Origin: Eledone cirrhosa
Lineage: Eukaryota
DNA length: 64,000 bases
Direction: 5' to 3'
Assembly: GCA_964016885.1 (NCBI GenBank)
Contig: OZ024742.1
Location: forward strand, 299,460,001-299,524,000
Below, in pieces: positions 28,350 through 42,685 of this stretch (its first letter is position 1; every line of letters begins with the position of its first letter). A program made the translations under genes and the position numbers. The notes under the pieces were generated by a model. The model was not told the origin of the DNA. It did no database searches and saw nothing but the letters and a program-made list of their open reading frames with translations.

Positions 28350-28638
28350 TATATTATATATATATATATATATATAATATATATATATTATATATATATA
28401 TATAATATATATATATATATATAATTTGTTAGATTTGTGGATTCGCATATATGTATGTGTGTGGGGGTGCGTTTGTATGTACGTGGGGGTACGCATGTGT
28501 CTGTATAAAATATCAGACAGAATTTTTAAAAACCAGGCGCACTGTTGTGATCCGAAACATGTATGATTTACAAGTCGGGTGGCCGTTTTATCAATAACAC
28601 ACGTTGTTCATCTCTCTCTCACACGTTTTTCTCTTTCC

Positions 28639-28672
<34 letters not shown>

Positions 28673-29334
28673 ATCTGTCATATTACGTATATAAATCTTT
28701 GTTTCCTGCTGCTTTTATCTATACGGAGCATATTATGTATACACTAATGTCCAATACGGCCAAGTGTCTCAACTCTATTCGATATTAACGATAATAAATA
28801 ACCACATGAACCTAATTATGATTGAATTGAATCATAAGAGTTTCAACGTAAATTGATATTATATATTATAAATACCTATTTGAAAGAGAAGGCGATTGGC
28901 AATAACTTTGCACAGTAATTGGTAAGACGGTTGCTCGGCAAGCGATAGATTCCTGATTGGGATCACGTCAGTGAGTCTGCCACAAATTAATGCTTACAAT
29001 GTTTACAGCATTAGATGGTGGAAGTGAGAAAAATATCATGGCTTTTGAAATGAAATGCTATAGAAATATGTTTGGCATTCCCTATATAGAATATAACTTT
29101 TCATGAATCATAAGTAATGAATAATTATCCTCTTATGACTTCTTGAAAGGTTTATCTTGTGAATTTTTCTTTCTTTTTTTCTCCTCTTCTTTCTACGTAT
29201 TCTTATTCTAGTGTTTTTCTTTCTTTTCCATATATACAAGAAAGACCAACTTTATGGTGGTTTATATCTTGCAAGGAAATGTGTATGTACATAAAGCTAT
29301 GTTTTGAATTTATGTTCAAAATATTGCCGGTGAT

Positions 29335-29365
<31 letters not shown>

Positions 29366-29442
29366 CTCTTTCTCTCGCTCTCTCTCTCTCTCTGTCGTTC
29401 TTTCTTTCTCTGCTTATCTGTCTATTTTATTGTCTGTCTCTT

Positions 29443-29530
<88 letters not shown>

Positions 29531-30021
29531 CTGTGTGTGTGTATATATATACTGTGTGTGTGTGGGTGTGTGTGTATATATACTGTGTGTGTGTGGGTGT
29601 GTGTGTGTATGTGTGGGTGTGTGGGTGTATATGTGTGTGTGTGTGTCTCACTCTCATGCTATCTGTCATTTCTCCCTTGCTCCATTCCCTCCTCTTCCAC
29701 CATCCCTCATTTTTCTGAAATACAGAAGTTGCACAATATTGCTCTAAACCACGGTCGGTTATGTTCATTGTTTCCTTTAATCCCCATCTTTCGTTACTTT
29801 TCTTCTCAAATATTTAAATCAATTTACTCGTGCGTATTCCATAACATTTCAAGTTTCCCATTAACTAATTATCATTATTTCTCTCTTTTTTTTTCCAGCC
29901 CTCATAGAGAGACATTTTCCGGTAGGCTACAAATACAGAGAAAAATTCAAGAGCGCCCTCACTTGATGGTTCTCGTATATACATGTTGGTGCAGTCCCGG
30001 TTTCCCAATGTATATTTATAC

Positions 30022-30084
<63 letters not shown>

Positions 30085-30212
30085 TATATATATAGTAGAG
30101 AGATTCTTAATTTTTCGGAGGTTTCCATGATAACATATTAGATATGCGTATATATATGTTGGTGCAGTCCCGGTTTTCCAATGTGTATTTATACAGATAT
30201 AACTTTATATGG

Positions 30213-30329
30213 AAGAAATGAAATTTCATTTCTCACTCTTAGTACAGCTGATATTTAAATGTAAGTATGTATACGTACATACACATATGTATACAGACGT
30301 ACAGTAGTATGTATATACATACATACATG

Positions 30330-30370
<41 letters not shown>

Positions 30371-30772
30371 GTATGGGTTTACCGAACATTTATTATAATG
30401 CTCGGTTTGTTTGTAAACAAACAGCCCGAATTATTAGCCGTACAGTGTTCGGAAACCATCGTTGCCATTTTGTTCAACACTGACAAAGGAACGATGAACT
30501 AGTTTCTTGCTTATTAGCTGTCATCAGCACCGTAAACCTTCCTGTCAGTTGATTGAACGTTTGAAAGTATATACTTTCCTTATGCACATTAACGGCTGAG
30601 CAGCCTAATTTGCATATCGAGTGAGTTAGTCGGCCGGGTGTACCAAAAGCGATAAATGGAAAAAATGAAATTTCATTTCTCACTCTTATTACGGCTGATA
30701 CTTAAATATAAGTATGTATACGTACATACATATATGTATACAGACGTACAGTAGTATGTATATACATACATG

Positions 30773-30807
<35 letters not shown>

Positions 30808-30835
30808 GTATGGGTTTACCGAACATTTATAATAA
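30213..30835 (+). repeat. ~450-bp unit in 1.4 tandem copies; dispersed copy at 63585-63786
   Basis: 30217-30392 repeats at 30664-30830. Internal hairpins ccga.catt...aatgctcgg and gtttgttt-gt-aaacaaac. Confidence 0.75.
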
Positions 30836-31010
30836 TTGTTTCTACTTTTGGTGCAAGGCCAGCAATAACCCAGTGCATTATTGGTACTTTATTTTATCGA
30901 CCCCGTAAGGATGAAAGGCAAAGTTAACCTCGACGGGATTTGAACTCAGACCGTAAAGGGACGTAACTATGCTGGAAAGCATGGCGTCCGACTCTCTACC
31001 GATACTGCCA
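30834..31010 (-). mobile_element. SINE-A
   Basis: Reverse complement of the consensus; truncates the preceding repeat. Confidence 0.85.
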
Positions 31011-31914
31011 GAGGGGGGGGGGGGTAGAAAACAACGGTTTTTCTACCTACCTCACTCATTTCTTTCTTTTTTGTCATTATTTCTTATTTCTCTCTTTCTT
31101 CCTTTTTTCCTTTTATTTATTTCTTCCCTAATACAACTATTTACTCATTTAAATATTTATGTATGTATGTATTTATTTATTTTTTTTGCATCACCTCATA
31201 TTCAACCCTTTCTTATATCCCTTTCTCACTCCACGTCCTCTTCTTCTTTAAATTTAAGTTTATCATGTTATTATTTGTGGTATATAAATGTTGAGATTTG
31301 TTGTAATAAATCACTGCCAATACTGGAATTGAACCATCAAGACCGTTGAGGTGTCATACATCAATTCATGTATTTTATCTGACCAGGACATACTGAAAAA
31401 ACAACACAGTACCTTCGAAATATATATAATAAAACATATATTTTGATTATGTGAATGTCTTCATTTATTAATATTCTGAATAATATTATATATATATATA
31501 TATTTGTACACACACACAAACACACACACATCCGTACATATACATGTATATCTGTATCTATGTCTGTGTGTGCGTTTTTCTGTGAGCAATGCGTATGGAT
31601 GTGTATATGTTTAATTTGTTTATCAATGAATTTCTACTCAATAAAATGTTTGATAAAATGTTGTGGTGTGGATTCCATTCACATCTTTTCACCATGAATA
31701 TGCCGTTTCGGGGATGTTATAGAAACCAGATGGGACTACCTTATGAACCATATTTAGGAATTGGCTCTGGTTTATTGCAGAACTTTTTACAATTTGCTTT
31801 CGTCACAATCGCCGCCAGAAGAGAATTATGAACATAACAAGAAATTCCGTTTCTTATTAATATAGAACCATCATCATTCATAGAAGAAAATCAATCTTTT
31901 TAAGAACATGTAAG

Positions 31915-32170
31915 GTGGTGGTCGTGATAGTGATGGTGACGATAGTGGTGGTGGTGGTGGTGATGATGGTGGTGGTGATAGTGATGGTGACGATAGTGGT
32001 GATAATGGTGGTAATGATGGTAATGGTGACGATAGTGGTGATAATGGTGGTGATGATGGTGGTGGTGATGATGGTGGTGGTGATAGTGATGGTGACGATA
32101 GTGGTGATAATGGTGGTGATGATGGTGGTGGTGATAGTGATGGTGACGATAGTGGTGATAATGGTGGTGA
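31915..32170 (+). repeat. Degenerate (GTG/ATG)n trinucleotide array with higher-order units
   Basis: Recurrent gtgatagtgatggtgacgatagtggtg. Confidence 0.9.
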
Positions 32171-32969
32171 TGTTGTTTAGACCCAGGTTATTTCTGAGGA
32201 TATATATTATGAAAAGCGTTCCGGTATAGTATATCTAGCATTACATATATACACTGCATCAGACAAGAATTCGACTGTGTAGATAACTTAGCAACACGCT
32301 CCTTCTATAGGGTTCTATTTAACCCTTACCTCTCGTATCGGTGGTTTCGTATTAGATAGCCCCATTCGCAGTTTGTGTTGATGGAACTCTATCTCTCTCT
32401 TCTTTCTATCTCGATCTCGCACTCCATATCTCCCTTTTCAACTCCAGTGCACCTCATGGTTGGTTTTGGTCCTGCTCACTCTTTCTCATAAACTTCTACA
32501 ACCTACTTCCAGTCAAGTGTAACTCCTTCAACAGCACGAAGAGACAATCACGACACATTTCGAGAATGTAATGTCTTTCTATGCGGCCCTTAAAAATTGT
32601 AGCATACAACAAAAACCCTTAAGATGGCTAAATCTTCTAGGCCTTGCCACCATTGAATACATTCTTTCATGAACATACATCCTCAAAACTGCAGCACAAA
32701 TACTGACTTTACTGCTCCAAATTACCTCCCCTATCAAAAGGTGACTTTTCACTAAGCTTAGGTGAGATCTGCAATTAAATATTAGTTCCATATTCATATT
32801 ATCCTGTTTCCACACACAACACGCTCATAAACAAATATATATGCGAAAAGTAAACGGAAATAACACAACAGACAATAAAAATGTAATTCAGTATCACGCT
32901 CAATACATTAGGAAAAGTATTAACGTAGATAGATGTGTGTGTGACTCTGTGTGTGTTTGTGAGTTTATG

Positions 32970-33040
<71 letters not shown>

Positions 33041-33435
33041 GTGGGAAAATTATAATACTTTGTTTTATTACATCTCAATGTTTGTTTCGTTATTCTAGGA
33101 TTATATATATTTAGTATTAATACTAAATATAAATAGTACGACAATGAGTATTCCATAACATAATGAAAATTGATTATTATAAAGACCAATAGAAATTATA
33201 TATATATATATATATATACAAGTGGAAGCTCAGTACAATCAAAGCTTTGACTGTGGCCAAGCTAACGACCTACAATTAGGAATGTGCAGCAAAGCACTCA
33301 ATAAGGTTGTAGGCCTTAGAGTAATAACATATGTTCAGATAGCTTGACAAATTGAAAATTGCGGCAGGTAAATCTAACCACATAATACCAAAACAACGAA
33401 AGAACTAATCAGGTTAGACAACATATATACATTTG

Positions 33436-33504
<69 letters not shown>

Positions 33505-34495
33505 TATGTTTAGTTGTGAAACGGGAGAACAAAACTCAAAACATGCATAGTTTGACATATTTTTTATCAGGAACATAAGTGCCAGAGATTTCTTACATAA
33601 TTTCACTCTTCAAGCTATGTATGTATTTACACATATCTGTGTGCTCGTTTTATGGTTTTAAGAGTTTTACGCACTGCCATCTGTATAAACAAAACCGTCG
33701 TTGTATCAAAATGGGACCTTACTCAATCGGAAACTAGAAGTGGATAAAATAACTACTAGAATTAACTAAGGACTTGGGATGATTGTGAACGTCTTAACAA
33801 AAACAAACTTAAAGCTATATCCCATTATGGCCGGAATCTAATCATTGAAACCAGTGAAAATGAAATAATAATGAATATATCGTTACTCTAAATAAAAGAA
33901 AAATGCATGCCAATATTCCCTCATTGCTTACCTGATGTTTTCCAGGGAAGATAGAAAATCCGATACGAATCAATTTTTAGAGTTGAATATACTGGAGTAA
34001 CGAAAAATAATTTGTCTTGTTCAAAAACACAACGCGCCACCCACCCCTAATTTCAAATTCATGGCTTTACGATCTTGAGCCCAGCACGTTAATAACTAAA
34101 CCACGGACCTTCATTACATCGTAATTGGAGTAGCATACAAAACAGAGCCCGCTTACCAGCCTTGTAGTTCATTCATTCCTTCTCAGAAGTAATGGTCTAA
34201 TAATGTTCTTTTAAGCGCAACAAATAATTGTTAGATTACAATGAAGATGACTTGACAAAGGATTGCTTTGTTCGGCCTATGCGTGGGTTTGTTTTGTTAA
34301 AGTTGTGTGTGCATGTGTTTATTATTTTTTATCTATTTCAGCATTTATTATTATTTTCATATTTGCTTTTTGTTACTAAGACTTTGTTTAGATTCATGTA
34401 AGCGCTGTACAGTTGTGCCAATGAATTTTTTTTTAATCTCGATACCTCTTTCCTCTCGCTCTCGTTCTCTGTCTCCCACTTTCTCCTATCTCTCG

Positions 34496-34590
<95 letters not shown>

Positions 34591-34597
34591 ATATACA

Positions 34598-34687
34598 CAG
34601 GGTGTTCCAAAAAATGTATACACAATTTGATCACCTGTACTGGCGATTAGAATGCTGTTGAAAAGTGTATACATTTTAGGGGAACAC

Positions 34688-34691
<4 letters not shown>
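34598..34691. mobile_element. Tc1/mariner-type MITE in (TA)n
   Basis: Imperfect 26-bp TIRs cagggtgttccaaaaaatgtatacac / gtgtatacattttaggggaacactctg. The CAGGGTG terminus is typical of mariner-type TIRs. Confidence 0.7.
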
Positions 34692-34740
<49 letters not shown>

Positions 34741-34751
34741 ATATATATATG

Positions 34752-34865
<114 letters not shown>

Positions 34866-34880
34866 TGTATATATATATGC

Positions 34881-34931
<51 letters not shown>

Positions 34932-35602
34932 AATATATATATATAGAGAGAGAGAGAGAAAGAGAGAGAAAGAGAGAGAATGAGAGAAAGGGTAGAGATA
35001 GAGAGAGAGTTAGAGAGATACACATATACACACAAACACACACAGATATACATATATACAGGCACACACACACTCACACTCACATATATAAGTATAGATA
35101 TTATGTATTTATGTTATTCATGTGTATTTATTTTATAGTTTATAAACGTAACCATATCCTTCTTTAGCAGAGATTTCGTCTCTTATTTTGACATTATTTT
35201 ATTATATTTATGTATACTCTTCTCCTTGTGCATACATTTGTATTGTGTACAAATGATTTTCTGCAGACGCTCACGTTTTTTGCAAATATTTTTTCTGTAT
35301 TTTCTTCACTCGATGTAGTTGTATACTGATGCATTGTTATATAATCCCAGTTGTATTTTAATCTTCTTTTAAAAAGAAATGCTGAGACCTGACTCGTTGC
35401 AATTGAGATTTGTATCGTCGTTTCTTACAACTTTTTCCTTCCAAAAAACATAACATTGTAAATCAATATTGTTCTACCTATTTGTTTATCTACATTATTT
35501 GTATTTATTTTATAACTATATGTCAAGGTCGCATTGTAAGATGTTACGTTCAGATATTAGTGGTGATTTTTTTTATGTGAGTTTTGTTTTATTATACGAA
35601 AA

Positions 35603-36400
35603 GGGCGCTGGATTGGTAGTATCGGTAGAGGGTCGGAAGCCATGCCTTACAGCATAGAGTTACAGCCCTTTATGATCTGAGTTCAAATCCCACTGAGGTT
35701 AACTTTGCCTTTCATCCTTACGGGGTTGATAAAATAAAGTACCAGTAATGCACTGGAATAATTGTTGGCCTTGTGCCAAAAGTAGAAACAACTATTATTA
35801 TTATTATTCCCTTTTCATACAGGGTTTCGTTTTCCTCTGCTGGTATATGATTTGGTAGATGTCAAATTCTTTATTTAGCAACATTCGTGCGGATGTTACT
35901 GCACCAAGCAAACAGACCTTCATATAGTGGTATAGTTACTTGTTTGGAAGAAGGAGGTTTATGTTAACTCAAAACATAGGTATGTGAAAATTGAACGCCG
36001 AGAAAAAATCGACAGGCAGACGGACTTCATCAAATAGAGAACTATGGTAGGGGGTCGGACGCCATGCTTTGCAGCATAGAGTACGGCTCTTTATGATCTG
36101 AGTTCAAATCCCGCCGAGGTTAACTTTGCCTTTCATCCTTACAGGGTTGATAAAATAAAGTACCAGTAATGAACTGGGTATTTGCTGGCCTTGTGCCAAA
36201 AGTAGAAACAATTATTTTTCATACGAAAAGGGCAGTAGATTGGCAGTACCGGTAAAGCATCGGCCAAGATGCTTTGCAGCGTACTGTTGCGACCCGTTAC
36301 TTTCTGAGTTCAAATCCCGCTTTGCTTTTTATCTTTAATGGTCGATAAAGTTCCAGTAACGCGCTAGGATGGATTTAATCAACGTTTCCTCTTCCTTTCA
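35603..36400 (+). mobile_element. Cluster of three SINE-A copies
   Basis: Copies at ~35603-35795, 36045-36215 and 36230-36400. Confidence 0.8.
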
Positions 36401-36785
36401 AATTATTATCCATGTACGAAAGAGTCACAGAGTGGCAAAATGGTTAAAGCGTCACATGAAATGCATTATCGATATTTTCTGGTTCGTTTTTTGCCGGAGA
36501 TCCAGTGCTGCCGTAATTAACAGTGCTTTTCTTTCTGAGTTAAAATACATCTGTAGTTGACTTTACTTTTCATTCTTTGCATGTTGATAGAATATAGTAC
36601 CAGTCATCTAAGTACTGGGGTCGATTTAGTTGACTGCCACCTGCCCTATATTATGTATTTTGTTGGTATTGTGAAATTTCCTCTGTGTTCTCACAGGATC
36701 ATGATTTACTACTTAGCCTTAATAAAGACTATTTAAACACTACTTCGGTATTGAGTACAGATTCACTTATCCGTCAATAGTACAC

Positions 36786-36852
<67 letters not shown>

Positions 36853-37023
36853 ATATATATATATTTAAATTTTGAAAACCAAAACAATGCGTTATGACGA
36901 ATGTTAAATTGCCAGGGTAACAAAAGAATCTTACCTTAGCAAATTTAACGATCCAAATATTCTTGGTTTTCAAAATTAAAATTTGTGTTTCCTATTAAAT
37001 GATGTTTCAAGTAAGCTACAAAA

Positions 37024-37091
<68 letters not shown>

Positions 37092-37453
37092 ATAATAATG
37101 ATACTATTTATAGTTATGTATATACTATAAACAACTAATACCTTTGCTTATTTCCTTCTCATATATATGACTAACGCATGTGCACTTTCTACACGCTTGC
37201 ATATGTACTGCTAATGTCCTCATTCTTTCTCAATGCCTCTTTAACTATTAGACTATTCTCTTGGATTATCTGTCCATGTATTCCACTCTGTGCTTTTAAT
37301 TTGAATTTGAATTTTTGTACAATTCTCGTATAATATATGTCGCATCCATTACACCCTGTAAATACGAAACTGTTGCTCACAACATCAATATATATGTATC
37401 TATGTGATTGTTCAGTTGAATAGAAGGTTAATTATATGTACAAACATTGATAA

Positions 37454-37500
37454 TGCTCCGATGAATCCAAACGAAAGTTTGGAAGAAACGATTGTCAGCA
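37454..37500 (+). ncRNA. Minimal type-I hammerhead, U4C variant
   Basis: tgct CCGATGA a tccaaac-gaaa-gtttgga a GAAAC gatt GTC agca. Predicted cut after C37496. Confidence 0.8.
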
Positions 37501-37770
37501 ATTAAATGATTTGAACATAACTTTGATAATTGTGTAATTTATATATAATTGTGTAATTTATATATATATATGGGAGGTGTATACCTACAAACATAAAAAA
37601 TGTTCCTACCATCCGAATAAGTTGCCGTTCATTAAAGAATCAATACTTTTGTTCTTCACAAAATTTCCAGTATAAAACAAAATGAATGTCGGCTATAGGT
37701 TATTGCTTACTCTTAAGAAAACGAACGTGATATGTATGTTTTCAGAAATATATGTTCATACAGACAGGTA

Positions 37771-37893
<123 letters not shown>

Positions 37894-38379
37894 GTACATA
37901 TGCATATATATATATATATACGCACAAAGATAGAGAGGAAGAGAGAGATGAATATATATGTGAATACATATATATATGTGTGTATGTGAGGAGAGAGTTC
38001 AAACCTATCTTATATACACGTGCCGCTTAAGATATGAACACATGATTAAACATACAGGCATACAAATAATTGTAATCATGAGTCCACGCGTGTGTATGTG
38101 TGTGTATATTTGCGTGTGTGTAAGTGTGCATGTGTGTGTGCGTGTATATATGAGTATGTATATGAGTGTGTATGTTCTTATTTTTCATTTCGTTAAGGAT
38201 GGAGTCTGGAAATGTGCAACATATTAATATTACATATATTATTTTACTGTTGACTAAAACAGTTGGCCAGCGCTGATAGCAATGTACTGCAAACAGGCTA
38301 TTTTCCCATACTCCTCTTCCATTTTTTTTTTCTTTCTTTCTCCTTAATAAACTAAACCAAGAAATGCGAGCATAAAATT

Positions 38380-38475
38380 ATATAATATAATATAATATAA
38401 TATAATACAATAAAATACAATATAATATAATATAATATAATATAATATAATATAATATAATATAATATAATATAA
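38380..38475 (+). repeat. (TATAA)n array interrupted by a SINE-A 3' fragment (38474-38556, -)
   Basis: Direct reading. Confidence 0.85.
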
Positions 38476-39402
38476 TTGTTTCTACCTTAGCCACAAGGCC
38501 AGCAATTACCCAGTGCATTACTGGTACTTTATTTTATCGACCCCGTAAGGATGAAGGATAATATAATACAATATGATATGATATAATATAACATAATATA
38601 TATATATATATATGTATATGTGTGTGTGTACACTGATTTCGCTAGGTTTCATGTGCTTCACATTTTATGCGATGGAATATATTTATTATATTTGTAGGAT
38701 CCCCGTAACTTTCGACGACGATTGTCTTAGTTTTTTGTTTTTTATCAAGAAATGACCATGAAAATAGATGAGCATTCCACAAACACGTGTACCATCAACG
38801 TATTTCTCGGTGAGATTCTGTCTGACTCTATGTGAGACAACGCTGGCCCTTTAAATTACAATTACAATAAATTTTGTCAAACTGGGTGGGCTGGAGCAAC
38901 ATGAAATAAAGAACACTAACCACTAAGCGACGTGCCTTCTGGTATATTTATTTATTTACATATAAACACACACAGAAATATTTTATTGTATTTTTACTCA
39001 TATTAGTACATATTATTTGTATTCGTATCCTGAGTGGTCACGTTTCTGAACATATAATTCACCTCACTTGTCTTCGAATTTTTTTTTATATATTATTGAT
39101 AACACAATTTTTATGACACATTTCACCTTCGTTATAAATCAAAAATATTAAATCAAAAATTGCGTTTCTCTTTAGAAAGCTTTTATTGCTCTTCGAATGT
39201 TGATAAATGTTTATTAATTACTGTCGACTAAGCAGTATTATGTTATTGTTTTGTGTATAATTTTTTGTATCCATTTATCATCTATTAATTCTTTTCTTGC
39301 GATCAATAATATCTATCACCTCGTAATAGGTGTGAAAAGAAATGAAAGGCGTTAAAAGTATATTTTATGACACTGGAATAATTTTATATGTAAGATTATA
39401 AT

Positions 39403-39559
39403 ATACAAGGTCTTCTAAAAACTTTCTCCGCTAAATACATTCCTAGATTATTAAATACAAGGTCTTCTAAAAACTTTCTCCGCTAAATACATTCCTAGAT
39501 TATTAAATACAAGGTCTTCTAAAAACTTTCTCCGCTAAATACATTCCTAGATATACAAG
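39403..39559 (+). repeat. 52-bp minisatellite, 3 perfect copies
   Basis: atacaaggtcttctaaaaactttctccgctaaatacattcctagattattaa starting at 39403, 39455 and 39507. Confidence 0.95.
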
Positions 39560-39606
39560 CTCTAAACCTTAATTTATAATAAATGAATATAGAAGTTAAT
39601 ATTATG

Positions 39607-39913
39607 TAATAATAATATTCGAGTCGTTTGCAATTATGCAAACAGCCTCTTTTTTAAAGCCATGTCAGCCAGTCTGCTAATATGCAAATCAGGCCAATCA
39701 GTTACTGTATATTTGAGAAAATATCATCTATTTTCACTAGCTCTGACAGTTGGTAGGTGAACAGTGAACTGCTCTGATGAAGGGTGAAACATTAGTATCT
39801 GCAGTTCTGTTTACATGCCAACACAAGAGCAAGAATGAGAGGCTCATTCTAATGACATGGCTTTAAAAAAGAGGATGTTTTCATAATTACAAACGAATCG
39901 AATATTATTATTA
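39607..39913 (+). mobile_element. Fold-back element with 61-bp arms in (TAA)n context and HHR remnant
   Basis: 39607-39667 / 39853-39913 inverted, inner 22 bp perfect. tgct CTGATGA agggt GAAAC ATT agta at 39770-39797. Confidence 0.7.
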
Positions 39914-40589
39914 ATATTCGAAAAACTCAGGTTACATTTATTGTACTCAGCCATGTAGAGCAATAATTTCTTTTTTTTTTTTTTACAAGTTAATATTCTA
40001 ATACCAATTGTGAAATGATTAAATGTTTTACTCGGATACAAACTGCATTGCAAGAATCTAGTTTGAAAAACAATTACAATGTCTACTGGTAAACAAGATT
40101 TAATAGTTCGTTGTCCAGCAACCAAAGAGAGGTAAAATGAAGCTTTGTAATCAGAGTTATATATCCCCGGAAATAATTAAATGTTGCTTAGATTCCAGTT
40201 GGTCTCAAAATCTTTCTACATCCATTTGCGTTTTCACGTTCATTTTCATGACAAGACAGAGCTCATATCACTAAAACAGCAAAGGAACCTCCTACGAGAT
40301 GTATCATAGTAGGGGGCCAACTAAACCTGGATAGGTGAGACCTGTACATTTAATTTTTTTTCCTATTTCAGATCCATCTACCACTAACCAATCTAGCAAT
40401 TTTTCACTATTTTTTATTTGCCTCACGAAAATCTATCTCAACTCACTGGACTTTAAAGTTGTTTTTGGAGAAAACACATTTTACATATATTATATGAGGA
40501 CGAATAGTAAACACTCTTGTTGACTGTATCCATGACCAAAAACCGACTTTTCAATAACATTTGAGATCTTGTGACTAAATTAGAAAATG

Positions 40590-41880
40590 CCATTAGCAGA
40601 ATTGGTTAAGCGTCGGACAAATATATGTACTTTTTCCGGCTTTCTACGTTCTGTGTTCAACTCCGATCGAGGTCATCTTTAACGTTCATCTTTCCCGAAG
40701 TCAATAAAAATGATGTACCAGTTAAGTATTGGATTCCACTAAATCGACTTCGTCTTCTTCTCCCCATTCCCTAACATTTTTCACCCAGTCATAATCATCA
40801 GTTCCCTTATCAGAATATCTACACTTGCTCAGTTAAGACAACACATGTCACAAAAATCCCTACCAACACACCACCTCCCTGCCACTTCGTCAGATATTCC
40901 ATATGATCTCCTAGGTTCCACGCTCAAACTCTGATCAATCCACGACAGTTACTAAGATCGATAAAATAATGTACTACTAAAGTACTGGGATCAATATAAT
41001 TGACTTTCCTTCCTTACAAATATTGGCCTTGTACGTAAATTCGAAACCATTGTGTTTCGTCCTTACGGGGTCGATAAATAAAGCACCAGTAATACACTGG
41101 GATAATTACTGGCCTTGTACCAAAAGTAGAAACAATTATTATTATAAGAGTGGTAGTTTGGCAGAATTGTTAGGCCCTTAGATGTAATACATTGCAGTAT
41201 TTGGTTACAGCTTTCTACGTTCTTGTATCAAAACCCACCTAGGTCAACCATACTATACATCCTTCCGGGTTCGATAAAATATGGTACCAGTAAAGTTGGC
41301 ATAATCGAATTTTCCCTTTACTGAAAAACTGTTGGCCATTTGCATAATTTCGAAACCAATATTATTATTATGGATTAGCAGAATCGTTAGAGCGCAGGAC
41401 AATTGTTTTGCAGTATTTGTTCCGCCTCTTTAAATTTTGGGTTTAAAACTAATCCGAAGTCAACTTTAAATTTCATCATTTCGTGGTCAATAAACAGAGT
41501 GCTAGTCAAGTGCTAGGGTTGATAAAATTGACCTTCCTATTCACTCTAAAAATGATATATCAAATGAATTATCATCGTTGAAATGCATGCATGGTCCCAT
41601 AATTCCTGAAAGATTCGTAGGGGCACGGTATTGACATACGGCGTTTCTTAGGCATTTAAAGCCTGGTTGAGCCATCCCTCTTAAGGCCTGAGTGCAGCAG
41701 ATGTCTTCCAGAGAGAGGAAAAATCGACCCTAGTACTAGTCTGTACTTTTTTATCGACCTCAAAAGTATGAAAGGTAAAGTTGATCTAGACAGGATTTGA
41801 ACTCAGAGATCAGAGAGCCAGAACAAATACCATAAACATTCTATCCGACGTTATAATGGCTCTGCCAATTCGCCGCCTCT
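40590..41880. mobile_element. Cluster of older, diverged SINE-A-related copies
   Basis: Repeated tagcagaat..ttag...gttcaa...gtcgataaaa...gtaccagt modules; the last one (41715-41880) is on -. Confidence 0.65.
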
Positions 41881-42685
41881 ATATTGAACTACTGTGTGTA
41901 ATTTCGATGTGCCTACGTACTTCATCTTTATATTTCTTGATTTAAACAAGTTTATTGTTGATTCTTGATTGAAACCAGACCTGAGAAGATTGAGTTCAAC
42001 TTGACAGATGATATTTCACATTCTCAGACGGTTTGTAATGTTTGAATTCACTCATCATTTTACAGTTACAATAATTTATTTCTAAATCTATTTTTAAGAG
42101 CACGTCAATGAGAAAAGCGAAGTGTTCCATTATATGTCAAAGGTGTGGTTGATAGTACTGTCACGAACATGACAAATGTCTAGTTTCGATTTCAACTGCT
42201 TAATTAGTAGCAGAACAGCAAAGCAAAAGTGATTCTTTCCAAGTTGGTATTTTCTATTTCAGGAATTCTTCACATCGGAAAAAGGTCCCGAATCCTCGCC
42301 CGAACATTACTCGTAAACTGGCTACCAAGTCGACGCTCATCTGCATTCAATTCAAGGATGTAGCAGTTGAGCAGTTGAGAGCTGTTTAAGGTTTCCCATC
42401 CGTCTTGGTTTTTAAATTAAAGTGTTCTTTCTCGTAGATGGTTGGCTAATCAAGGCTAACGATTTCTGTCTACCGTTTTTGATTGACCATTGAAACTCCT
42501 CAGTTTCTCTGCTCTATGGTAAGTTTTGTTTTTCATCTCTCAGGATGTCCGAAAATCACCCTCTTCAAAGAGCAAACTTGGTGGTGTTGCCGGTTTATTC
42601 GCCAACGACCCGATCATGTGACAGGTTGTACTGAGTTGCATGTTATCAATAGCACTCGAGAATGACTTGACATTATTATTATTAA

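Noticed and set aside
34598-34691. Member of the HHR fold-back class
   Set aside because: It has no HHR core and symmetric mariner-like CAGGGTG termini, so it is classed as a MITE.
42250-42630. Possible host exons after pyrimidine-tract AG acceptors (42263, 42543)
   Set aside because: Short frames, no recognisable protein and no consistent donor sites. RNA-seq would be needed.
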